Shown here: piece by piece, positions 36,543 through 48,365 of the stretch | Position numbering within the stretch: position 1 is the stretch's first letter | Layout: each line of letters opens with the position of its first letter | Assembly: GCF_963921235.1 (NCBI RefSeq) | Contig: NC_086097.1 | Span: forward strand, 186,312,001 to 186,376,000 | Source of the DNA: Mobula hypostoma | Taxonomy: Eukaryota | Direction: 5' to 3' | Length of the DNA stretch: 64,000 nt | Position numbers and translations under genes: made by a program | Notes under the pieces: model-generated | What the model was told of the DNA's origin: nothing | What the model saw: only the letters and a program-made list of their open reading frames with translations | Database searches by the model: none

Positions 36543-38544
36543 TTCCTTTGGATTTCTTGTTTTTTGTCTATCTGTAAGTAAACAAATCTGAAGGTTGTAT
36601 AATTTATACATTCTTTGATAATATATGTACTTTGGATCTTTGAATCTTCTAATTGACTGACCCTTATCTGCAAATTTGAATGGAATTTCTCTTACCTATG
36701 AAGTATAAAAGAGCTGGCCATGAGCCTGGCACCATCTGTTGTATTTTGTCTTTTTGCTTCTACCTCCTTCTCTTCAGTCAGTAGATCTCCATCACTATTC
36801 ATTGCCAACTCTCTTTGTTCAATTAATGCTTAACAAAATGGTTATGAAGCAACAAGTTTTGTGCCTCTTTCCTGACTTCTGAAAAAACTTGGATTAAAAA
36901 CATTAGAATCCAACAGCCTCCAGATTGTGATATTTCCATGAACCCCTTACATTGATATTCATGCATTTTGGAGGTATTGTTAAATTAATTGCAGTGCATT
37001 GCTGCCACAGTGCACTGGTGGTGGAGGAAATGTATGTTTAAGGCAATTAGTGGGCTGCCATTCAAGCAGGCTACCTTGTCCTGAATGGTCTGAAGTTTCT
37101 TGAGAGCTGTAGATGCTAAACTCATTCATGGAAGTAGACAACATTTTACCAGCTTGGTGATTTGTGATTTGAAGATGTTTATTTAGGCATCCAGATATGA
37201 GTCACTCACCACAGTCAACCCAGCGTCTGATCTGATGGAATGATCTTCTGATCTTCTTTACTTGGCTGATCCAATTTAGTTTTACTGATTAATGATGAAC
37301 TCTAAGCCCTCCCCTAAGGATATTGGTGGTAGGCACTCAGCATTAGTAGTGCCACTATATTTCTAGAGTAGGAGCATAGACTTTCTTTTTACCAATGGTC
37401 ATTACCTGCCCCTTATCTGATCCTGAAAGCTCCATGAAACTTTCTGTCTCACCTTTCATCACCCAAGCTCCTTGCCATTAATCCAACTTGTCTTTGCAGG
37501 ACCTGAATGAGATTCTGACTGGTCCTTTGTCTTGTTTGGCCCCAGTGTTGTACAACTTCCTTTACAAATCAGTGCAGCACCTTTTCAATAACCGCTATTG
37601 CTGCGGGCCTTTTGTTCTTCTGAAGTTGGCTGTACTGGACATTACTGGTGATCATTAGTGGACTGCACACTTGTAGCACACCAGTACTGATACACTACCT
37701 ACACTTCACTAACTTGCTTTAGTAAATCACTTTGGAGATAGAAATTGGCCAGTAAACTTGAAGTAATTCATGTGAAATGGAGCCATGGGGTCTTTTTAGT
37801 TCTTCCTGAGAGATGTGCCAAACTTTGTTCAATGCTGCAATTGAATATGACATCACCAACATTTGCCAGATCTCTTTACTAGAGTTTCAACCTAGAATTT
37901 TGTGCTAAAGTCTCTGAAAGGTAAACTGAATGCATAATATTTATTGAGCAAAATGAAGTTTGGAATTTGGAGAAATGAGTGATCATCTCATTGAAACCGA
38001 TTCTGATGGATTTGACGGGGTTGGGGTGTCTGAATATTTCCTTTCGTTGACAATTAGAGAACATAGCCACAGGATTACAGATAAGCCTCAAAACTAAAAT
38101 GAGGAGGAATTTCTTCTCGCTATTTTTAATCTGCAGGACGTTTTATCACAGAGAGCCATGGATGCTGAGTCAGTTGAATTGGACCTGCTTCATTCATCTT
38201 TTACAGGATGACTACAGACAATTACTATTAACCCTTTGTGGATATGTGGCTTCTATTATACTAGTGATATTGATGACTGGCAGCAGGTGGTGAGAGACAA
38301 GGTTTCATCCATGGACCACCCTACTTGTGTCATCAGAAAGCATTTTCCCGTGTTTCTAAACGTCTCCTAAATGTTGAAACAGTTAAATTATTTTATGTTC
38401 GATGCGTTTTTTTAAATTTGATTTTTTATAGAATTAACAAAAAGCTAAAACAAACAAAATCCTCTAAAACCATATTCAACTTATATAAATTAGAGACAAT
38501 AATATTTTAAAAAATAAAGTAAAAGTGGTAGATCACATACCTTT

Positions 38545-39065
38545 ATTTTATGTTGCAGCTTTATAAAAGTCTGGTTATGTCATATCTGCAGTATTGCATT
38601 CAACTCTGGTCACCCTATTACAGGAAAGGATGCAGAAGAGATTTACCGGAGGGCATTTGCTATAAGGAGAGTTTGGACAAACTCGGATTGCCTTCTTTGA
38701 AGCGTCAGAGGCTGAGGGAAGCTCTGATAGAAGTTGATAAAATTATGAGGAGACATGGAGTAGACAGCCAGTATCTTTTTCCCCATTACTGAAAAATCTA
38801 ATACTAGAGGAACGCACTTAAGGTGAGGGGGGAAAGTTCAAAGGAGATGTGCAGGTCATGCTTTTATTTAACACAGAGAGTGATGGAATCTGGAAGGTAC
38901 TCTCAGAGGTGGTGATGGAGAGGCTTAAGACCCTTTTAGATAGGTACATGAATATGCAAAGAATGCAGGGATGTTGTGCATGTGCTGGCAGAGAGGATTA
39001 GGTGTCATTGGATTAATTAGTTCATTACAACATCATGAATCTGAGGGGCCTTTCCCAGTCCTGAA
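38545..39065 (+). mobile_element. CR1 3' fragment
   Basis: MLQLYKSLVMSYLQYCIQLWSPYYRK. Confidence 0.85.
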
Positions 39066-40462
39066 CTAATTTCTTCATTTTCCTTTATAATGAAGGTTGG
39101 TAATTCTATTCAAATGTGTGAGGCTGTTTTAGATATGCCTTGTATGGCTGGGCGGACTTAAAAGATCACTTGAACGATTCCAGCTTCGAATGCTCTTAGC
39201 AAAAAACAAACTGTGGTTGGCAGCAGTCAAGTTAGGCAACCTCTGTTGCAGGAAATGGAAAGTCAACATTACGGGCCAAGACCCTTCATCTGGACTGTTT
39301 GCTTTTTGCTCCAGTCTCTAGCATCTGCACTCTCGTTTGTCCCTTATTGGTTACGTTCTTCTTTAACCTTTCAGCTGGGAAGTGGGAATGAGCTACCGTT
39401 AACATGAAAACTTGAAGGAAAAAGAAGCAATTAACCGGCAGCTTGAGTCAACATAGCAGCTGGGGCAGAAGATAAAGTTGTGAATCACTTCATTTAAGTA
39501 GGTTATGAAACATTTTGCTGACAACATGAAAACTTGGATTTCTTGAAAATGATTAAACCCGGAGAACAAAATGCATATTCTGCAGAGTGAGTCCTACCAG
39601 ACAGAAAATTATTTTAGAAAATGTATGCATAAATTGTAAGCAGGAATGAAGTCAGGGAAGTAACCCACATCAAGTTATTTATGGGCTTAATCAAGTGCTC
39701 TTTTAGAAAATGCTAGAAACTTTAGGAATAGATTGAATGAAATATGCTGTTGCTGAAAACATTGATCTCCAGTATCCTAGCTGGATTGTAAAGTTGTGTC
39801 TAAATTTAAACATAGATAGACCATAGAAATGTACAAATTCTACAGTGAGGTGATACTTTGGGGGGGAAGATATGAAAAAACAATGTTCAGTAGCTTCAAT
39901 TCAAACTGAGTAAAAATATAAAACCACGCCTAAGACTCTATCTTTTGCAAACAGTCTTAACCATAGGGAAGTCTGGATCTCTATAAATCAAAATTCTTTG
40001 TAAAGAAAGTAGCAACGATGAGGGATTTCAATTATTAACTTATAAGACGGATAAGAAAGAGTTATAATCAAGGCATGGAAGAACTGCCCCCCCCCCACAA
40101 CTTTCCCTACACAGGTCTTAGAAAAGGTAATATCCTAATATTAATGCTCAACAATGAGCCACAGCTGGTTGGCAATCTAGGAAATTATCCAGCAGATTTG
40201 CACCACTGCATAATAAACTCAAATTATGCACATGTAACTAGATTTAGAGTGCTTAAATTATAAAAGGGAAAAGCAATTTTCTGCAAAGGTGTGGGGAGAG
40301 ATAGGTGAGAATTTTTGCATCAAACAAAAGTGATTCAGATTTATTTTTGAAACCTATAAGTTTTTGAAGCCTCGTATATCCATATGAGGCATTGAGTATT
40401 TTCAACAAGTGGCTTATTAGTAAATAATTTTGTAACTTATCTTTAAAAGAAGTATTTTAACT

Positions 40463-40705
40463 CATAACATTGTAATAATCTGCTAAACAGGAAAATGTAA
40501 TAACATGGCACTGTTGATTGACTAAAATTATTCAGGAGAATAGTGGGATATATTCCAAATAATGATAAAGCATTTTTGTGCATATGTTAGAACTGAAGTT
40601 TCAGACAAGTCTCATGGATTGTGAAGAATGATTCTTGGGAATTATTAGGAAATTTGGAAAATTTGTAATATTATCAACTTAAATGTCATATAAATTAGAA
40701 AGGGA
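40463..40705 (+). repeat. ~240-bp local duplication, copy 1
   Basis: Collinear diverged direct repeat of 42016-42259. Confidence 0.9.
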
Positions 40706-41329
40706 AAATAGTTGAATAGTGGAGTGGCTTTAAAGATCATTCAGAAGAAGTAGGCCACTACTGAGGAGAGGAAGTGTTTACATTACAGGGCATAGCAGGC
40801 TGGAATGCTGATATACAAATGGAGGTTAGAATCCTCGTTAAGAGCAAGACAACTGATCATGAGATATGCTGAGTCACGATCGAATGACATGACCACAAAT
40901 CAGAGCATGCATTTGCAGGGAGAATGGTGAAAATTGCTGTTTGGCAAAGGAAGCAAAGTCCCATTTGTCAAGCAGTTTGAGGCAACCCTTGCAGACATAA
41001 AGCAAAGATCAAATAGTATGAAGACAAATGGGTTATTGATGAAATTGTGAAATCTGTGTGTAACTATTGTAATGTGAATACTATAAATTGCTGAAAGTCT
41101 TTTAGATCAGTGGAGTACCTTTGAGCTCTCATTCAAGGTGTACGCTGCAGAGTGCCATATTCAAGGTGCAGGTTAAACACACAAATTCCTCCCATACACT
41201 ATAAACAGTAACGATGGATTAAAACAGATTATTCTGGCAGATTGAAAGATTTGCTCTCAGTATTATCTTTAACTATAAGAAGAGTGAATTTGATCTGGAA
41301 TAACAAACAAAATTGAAACTTAAATTAAT

Positions 41330-41613
41330 TCATTCAGCCAGAGACCCATTCCACCGAGATGCAACACAGAGCATCATAGGAAGTCATTCCTGCCTGTGGC
41401 CATCAAACTTTACAACTCCTCCCTTGGAGGGTCAGACACCCTGAGCCAATAGGCTGGTCCTGGACTTATTTCATAATTTACTGGTATAATTTACATATTA
41501 CTATTTAACTATTTATGGTTTTATTACTATTTATTATTTATGGTGCAACTGTAACGAAAACCAATTTCCCCCGGGATCAATAAAGTATGACTATGACTAT
41601 GACTACTATGACT
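41330..41613 (+). mobile_element. Rex1/Babar-type LINE 3' end with (CTATGA)n tail
   Basis: PPRCNTEHHRKSFLPVAIKLYNSS; GGGATCAATAAAGTATGACTATGAC. Confidence 0.8.
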
Positions 41614-41904
41614 AATTTTCTTACACTCCTCAAAGAAAATAATGTAAACTAATTTAAAAGGGGCCAAGATATTCTTTTAATGAAGCACCAGAGGGATGTA
41701 ACTCTTTACTGAAGAAAATGGAAAGATAGGGACTGAGAATATTAGGATATTTTGGAAAAAGAAGTGACAGATGATTGGAAAAAGACATACGATAAATTTC
41801 TTTTAAAATTAGTCTCAAAAACAGTCAACTATAATCATGTGAGTTTAATCTTCATGATAGAAAAACTATGAGAAAGCTTATTAGAAATATGGTAAAAGGT
41901 GTTT

Positions 41905-42850
41905 TCCATTCCAACGTATCAGTCCACAGCCTTCTCTACTGCCATGATAAGGTTTCAGCAGCAACAGCTCATATTCCATCTGGGTAGCCTCCAACCTGAT
42001 GGCATGAACATTAACCATAATATTGTAATAATCTGCAAAACAGGAAAACGTAATACATGGCACTATTGACAGACTAAAATTATTCAGCAGAAAAGGATAG
42101 CGGAAAATATTCCAAATAATGCTATAGCTTTTTTGTGCTTATGTTAGAACTACAGTTTCAGGCAAATCCCTTGAATTATGAAGAAGGAATCTTAGGAATT
42201 ATTAGAAAATTGGGAAAATTTGAAATATGATCGTAAATGTCATATAAATTAGAAAGGGATGATGGGAAAGTCAGGTTTCCCATTCCAACATGTCAGTCCA
42301 TGGCCTCCTCTTCCTCTACCGCCACGATGAGGCAATTCTCAGGTTTCAGGAGCTTCACTTCATATTCCACCTGGGTAGTTTCCAACCTGATGGCATGAAC
42401 AACGTTTTTTTCATCCTTGCAATTTCTTCCCTCTCCCTCTTCTCTCTTCCATTCCCTTTTATCTCTTCTCTTCTTCTCGACTGTCTATCATCTCCTTCTG
42501 ATGCCCCTATTCCTTTCCTTTCTCCCGTGGTCCACTCTCCTCTACTATTAGGTTCCTTCTTCTTTAGCCATTTATCTTTTCCACCTATTACCTTTCAGCT
42601 TCTCACTTCATACCCACCTACCTACCCCCTTACCTGGTTTCACTTATCACCTTCTAGCTTGTACTCCTTCCTTCCCTCCTCACCTCACCTTCTTATTTTC
42701 CCTTCCTTTCCCCTCCTGATGAAGGATCTCAGCCTGAAACTTCAACTGTTTATTCATTTCCATAGACATTGCCTGACCTGCTGAGTTCCTCCAGCATTTT
42801 GTGTGTGTTCCTCTGGATTTTAAGCATCTGCAGAATCTCTCGTGTTTGTG
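41905..42850 (+). mobile_element. Two Penelope 3' fragments flanking copy 2 of the duplication
   Basis: FHLGS.QPDGMN-encoding segments at ~41970 and ~42360. Confidence 0.8.
42016..42259 (+). repeat. ~240-bp local duplication, copy 2
   Basis: Collinear diverged direct repeat of 40463-40705. Confidence 0.9.
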
Positions 42851-42876
42851 AAAGTGTGCAGCCTTTTCACAACATA

Positions 42877-43218
42877 AACATAGAAACATAGAAACATAGA
42901 AAATAGGTGCAGGAGTAGGCCATTCGGCCCTTCGAGCCTGCACCGCCATTTATTATGATCATGGCTGATCATCCAACTCAGAACCCCGCCCCATTACCCC
43001 TTGACCCCTGTAGCCACAAGGGCCATATCTAACTCCCTCTTAAATATAGCCAATGAACTGGCCTCAACAGTTTCCTGTGCCAGAGAATTCCACAGATTCA
43101 CCACTCTCTGTGTGAAGAAGTTTTTCCTAATCTCGGTCCTAAAAGGCTTCCCCTCTATCCTCAAACTGTGACCCCTCGTTCTGGACTTCCCCAACATCGG
43201 GAACAATCTTCCTGCATC
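42877..43218 (-). mobile_element. Young CR1 3' end, same subfamily as 50915-52271
   Basis: Near-identical to ~51915-52271 including the tail. Confidence 0.95.
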
Positions 43219-44469
43219 TCGTTCAAATGAAGTAAAGGAAAGTTGCTGTGAAAGCTCAGGATCACAATCTGTTTGCTTGAGCTATTCATCACAAGATCAG
43301 AAACACTTTGAGATGATTTTAGAAGGATTCTACTGTGCTTAACAAGCAGGATGTGTATGAGTAAGCATGATGGACATCCTTAGTTTACTTGGAGGTATCC
43401 TTCTGCCCAAGGCATTTCCTATGGTCCACTTGTAGCTTATTTTTGGCTTTAGTGTCTTGACCTTCCGTCAAATTTAACTGTAACATACAGACTTTCTTTC
43501 GAGCTTCTATTAAGGAGTTGTTTTCCAAGGTCCAGAAACATCTTTGCAGTTTTTCAGAAACTCATTTACCATTTATCCCGAAGGCCTTTCAGAAGAAAAC
43601 AATGCAAAAAATTGGTAATAAGGAAAGGTTAGTGACATAAGAGACTGCAGATGCTGTCATTTAAAGCAGAGAAGAGAAATGTTGGAATAAGCTCAGCTGG
43701 ACAGGTAGGCAAAGGGATAGTTGATGTTTTGGGTCAAGACCGGTATTAGTACTGAAAGGGAAGATACTGTGCAGAAAGTGAGAGGGAGGGAAAGGGCAGG
43801 GATTGGCTGGTGATAGGTATCACAGTTTTCTGTCCTTGAACCTACAGCTCCTGAATTTTCATGTACGTTGCAAGAATGCCTACAGAGAATACTTCTTGTT
43901 ATACATATTCAGTGCTAATGATGTTAACAGGATCGGACTGCATAGTTTATCAGTGGTTGGTTTGTGGGAATATAACAAGACTTGAATTAAAACTCTGTTT
44001 CTCTTCCCATAGATGCTGCTGGACCAGCTGATTATTTCCAGCTTTATTTATTCCAATCAAGTGTGGATTCATCATTAAGTAGCCTAGTTGCATTTTGCAT
44101 GTCATTACATCATCAGTGACCCAGGTTCAATTCCATCACGGTTTGTACATTTTCCCGTGACCATGTAGGTTTCCCCCGTGTGCTCTGGCTTCCTCCCACA
44201 TTCCAAGGATGTAGGTCACATGAGTGTAAATGGGCAATGTGGGTTCGTCGGTCTGGAAGGGCCTGTTAGCATGCTGTATCTCTTAATAATAAAGTATAAT
44301 TACATCAATGGAGTGTTAACATTTCTTTGCCATCTACCACCGTTCTTGCTTCTGGAATTGCATTGTGTAACAACCAATGGGGGAAAATAACTTCTCCAAG
44401 AGAATATCAAAAAAGCATATTTTAACTCTAGCATCTGACACAATAATTTAATAATAACCCCGTAATTTC

Positions 44470-45312
44470 CGGCATCTTCAGCAGGATCCTACCTACAAGC
44501 ACAGCTTTACCTCATTCCCCACCCCCCCCTCACCCAAACTCTCTGTTTTCTGCAGGGATCACTACCCATGTGATTCCCTTGTCCATTCATCCCTCCCAAC
44601 TAATTTCCCTCCTGGCACGTATCCCTGCAAGCAACAGAAATGCTACAACTGCACATTCCACCTCCTCCATTCAGAGCCCAAACAGTCCCTCTAAGTGAGG
44701 TAACACATCTGTCGGTGAGGGGCTGCATTGGGAGCACTGGATACAGTGGGGGACTACTTTGTCAAGCACCTCCACTCCATCCACCAAAATTGGAATATCC
44801 CGGTGGCCAACCATTTCAATTCCAATGCCCATTCCCATTCTAACATGTTGGTCCATAGCCGCCACTTCAACTACAATGACACCACTCTCAGGGTGGAGGA
44901 GCAACACCTCACATTCCGTCTCGGTAGCCTCAAACCTGATGGCATGAACATCGATTTCTCCTTCTGGTAATTTTTTTTCTTTTTTACTTTTTCCCTCCTC
45001 CTTCCTTCTTCTTCCATTCTCCACTTTGGGTTCCTACCTATCACCTCCACCTGGTGTCCCTCCTACGTCCCAGTCTCCCATGATCTACTCTTCTCTCCTA
45101 TCAGATTCTTTATCTTTATCTTTCCTACCCACTTGGCTTCACCTATCACCCTCTAGCTTGTGTTTCTTCCCCTTCTTCTATTTTTTTATTTTGGCATCTT
45201 CCTCCATCCTTTCCAGTCCTAATGAAGGGTCTTGGCCTGAAACAATGATTGTTTATTCATTTCCATAGATGGTGCCAGACCTGCTGAGTTCCTCCAGCAT
45301 TGTATGTGTGTT
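44470..45312 (+). mobile_element. Penelope 3' portion, decayed
   Basis: PVANHFNS...LRVEEQHLTFRLGSLKPDGMNIDF. Confidence 0.85.
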
Positions 45313-45961
45313 AATCAGGACATGTTTACTTTACTGCAGTTAGGAACTTTAATAACTGAGGCACCTGCAGAACCAGATGGCAATCCATAAGCTTTTACTG
45401 CAAGCTCTCAAATCTAATTACCAAATTAAATAAAAAGTTTCTTATAAGTGAGCTCTCAGTCTGATTTCCCACTTTCTGTATTCTGAAATGCATTGATAGT
45501 GGCTGAAAATTACATAAATCAGATCACAGAATGGATAATGTGAATTCATGAAATGTAATCAGTGACATCAAATAAAGTCCTATAAAGACAAATTGAAGAA
45601 GAAATCATTAAGTTTATTTTCACAAATATCAGAAACAAGTCAACAGATCATGGCGGAACAAAATGGGTTGGGATCTGAAAGATAAAGTTAACATTTTCAG
45701 AAGAAATGGAACAAATTGACAGAATGTAATACAAACATATCAACTGTACCTAATTTCCCAACGCTGCAAACAGAAGCAATCAAGCAACATTTCCAAAATA
45801 CAAACACAGGAAATATGCATTTTAAGAAGCAGAGTACACAACAGCATATCGAATGCATGTAGACTTAAAAGGAAATTGGAAAAGTATTTGAAACAAAGGC
45901 TGGGGAATAATATTAGAATAGAGTGCTTCAGCTGAAAAGCCGATCCTTTTACTGGGTAATA

Positions 45962-46615
45962 AATCAGAATCAGAATTAAGTTTAATATCACCCGCATATG
46001 TCGTAAAATATATTGTTTCTCGGCAGCAATACGCAATAAAAAAACATAAATTACAATAAGAAATATTTGCATATAATTAAATTAAATAAGTAGTACAAAA
46101 AAGAGCAAAAATGTGAAGTAATGTAGATAGGTTCATCATCCATTCAGAAATCTGATCGCAGCAGGGAAGAAGCTGTTCCTAAAACATTGTGTGTGGGTCT
46201 TCAGGCTCCTGTACCCCCTCCTTCATGGTAGCAATGAGGAGAGGGCATGTCCTGGGTCACGTGAGTCCTTAAGGATAGATGCTGTCTTTCTGAGGCAATG
46301 TTTGGGAAGCTATTGCCCATGATGGTGCGTGTGAGTTTGCAACTTTCTGCAGTTTTCCTAATCCTGTGCAGTGACCCCTCCATACCAGATGGTGATGCAA
46401 CCAGTTATAATGCTCTCCATGAGACATTTGTAAAAACTTGCAAGAGTCTTTGGTGACATACCAAGTCTCCTCAGACTCCTGATGAGTTATATATTGGGCT
46501 CAGGATAGATCCTCAGTGATATTGACACCCAAGAGCTTGAAACTGCTCATCCTTTTCACTGCTGATCCCTCAGTGAGGACTAGCGTGTGTTCCCCTGACT
46601 TCCTCTTCCTGAAGT
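45962..46615 (-). mobile_element. Rex1/Babar 3' portion
   Basis: (TTCTGA)-type tail and Rex1 C-terminal coding remnants. Confidence 0.75.
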
Positions 46616-47275
46616 TGCTGATATGTCAGTTTTGTGCAGTGCCCATATCATTGCATGCATGACATTAGATAGAATAACTCTTTTATGGAAAATCTTGTAC
46701 TAAAACATTTCCTCTATAGTCTCCCACCATGGATGTTGGGGGTATGGGGGTGTGGGTAGGGAGAGGAAGGTGGAAGACAGTGGAGAGAGGAACATCCTGC
46801 TCTGGGGAAAATTATGAAGGTGGGGGCTCTTGGTCCGAGACACTTAGAGGAAGGGAAGCTGTTACCAGGGTGGTGACAAATGGTCAACATGGAATTTGAT
46901 TAGGAAGGAAGGGTCCACTAGAAGGATGACAACAAACTGAGGACAGAAACACCTGAGTAGAATAGAAAGAAAATTACTAATAAGAGAAACTTGAAAAGCA
47001 TCCTTCGCCTCTGTTTTCAAAATTCCAACAGAAATGGTCCCTTGCGACTCCATGGTTCACTCTCCCCCTCGACCAGCCACTCCACTTCTCAATAAAGTTT
47101 CCATGGCAACAATCAGGAATGCAAGATTTGTTCTTTTGCCTGTCCCTTTCCATTATTCTGGGCCCTTAAATGTCCCTTTCAATGGAAGAAATGAATCACT
47201 TGCATTTCTTCCCATGAAATGTACTGAACCTGGTGTTAAAGCTGTTGCCTTCACTGTATCAGAGAAACCAAATGG

Positions 47276-47720
47276 AGAAACATAGAAACATAGAAAACCT
47301 ACAGCACAAAACAGGCCCTTCGGCCCACAAAGTTGAGCTGAACATGTCCCTACCTTAGAAATTACTAGGCTTACCTATAGCCCTCTATTTTACTAAGCTC
47401 CATGTACCTATCTAAATGTCTCTTAAAAGATCCTATCGTATCCACCTCCACCACTGTTGCCAGCAGCCCATTCCACGCACTCACCACTCTTTGAGTAAAA
47501 AACTTACCCCTGACATCTCCTCTGTAACTACTCGCCAGCACCTTAAAACTGTGTCCTCTTGTGGCAACCATTTCAGCCCTGGGAAAAAGCCTCTCTGACT
47601 ATCCACACGATCAATGCCTCTCATCATCTTATACACCTCTATCAGGTCACCCCTCATCCTCTGTCGCTCCAAGGAGAAAAGGTCGAGTTCACTCAACCTA
47701 TTCTCATAAGGCATGCTCCT
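47276..47720 (-). mobile_element. CR1 3' end inserted in an old Penelope relic (~46740-47770)
   Basis: MPYENRLSELDLFSLERQRMRGDLIEVYKM; same subfamily as 9885-11086. Confidence 0.9.
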
Positions 47721-47849
47721 TGGAGGTTGGGTAACTGCATTGCAGAGATGACCCAGAACTCTCAGTTGCCTGCCACTCTAATTCTCTATCCTTGTTATTC
47801 CTTCAACATTTTTTTCATAAATGCAACATCCTATCTGCATCATAACTTG

Positions 47850-48365
47850 GTGTGGCAACTACTCCCATCAAGGTGGCAAGACAATGCAGAGAGTTGTGAA
47901 CACAGCCAGTCTATCACTTAAACCAGCCCCCCACATTATGACTCTGTCTACATTTCTTGCTTTCTTGAGAAAGCAGCCAACCTAAGTAAAGGCTCCTCCC
48001 AGCCCAGTCATTCTCTCTCACCCCTCCACTTCCTTTCATCACACACAAGATAAAAAAGCTTGAGAGCACATAACACAAGGCAGGAAGACAGCTTCTAGCC
48101 TGCTGTCATACTATATTTGAAAGGACTTCTTGTATGGAAAAGGTAAACTCTTTATCTCTCTATCTACTTTGTCATGGCCCTTGTACCTTATTTGTCTACC
48201 TGCATTTCACTTTCTTTGTAATTGTGGCACTAAATTCTGTATTCTGTTATTGTTTTACCTTTTGTGCTACTTTGATGTACTTATGTTTGGAATGATTTGT
48301 CTGGAAGGCATGCAAAGTTTTTCACTATAATTCAGTAATGTGACAATAACAAACTGATTACCAAG
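47850..48365 (+). mobile_element. Rex1/Babar 3' portion, decayed
   Basis: TGCAGAGAGTTGTGAACACAGCCCAG-like segment and ending TGACAATAACAAAC. Confidence 0.7.

Larger units (their letters stand above)
35879..36915 (+). mobile_element. Solo LTR with nested insertions
   Basis: Ends TGTTAGATCC / GAATCCAACA; 4-bp TSD GCCT at 35875-35878 and 36916-36919; TATAAAA at ~36704. Confidence 0.8.
35700..37400 (-). mobile_element. Old CR1/L2-group LINE 3' portion split by a solo LTR
   Basis: LINE-like sequence reads through on both sides of the GCCT duplication. Confidence 0.55.
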
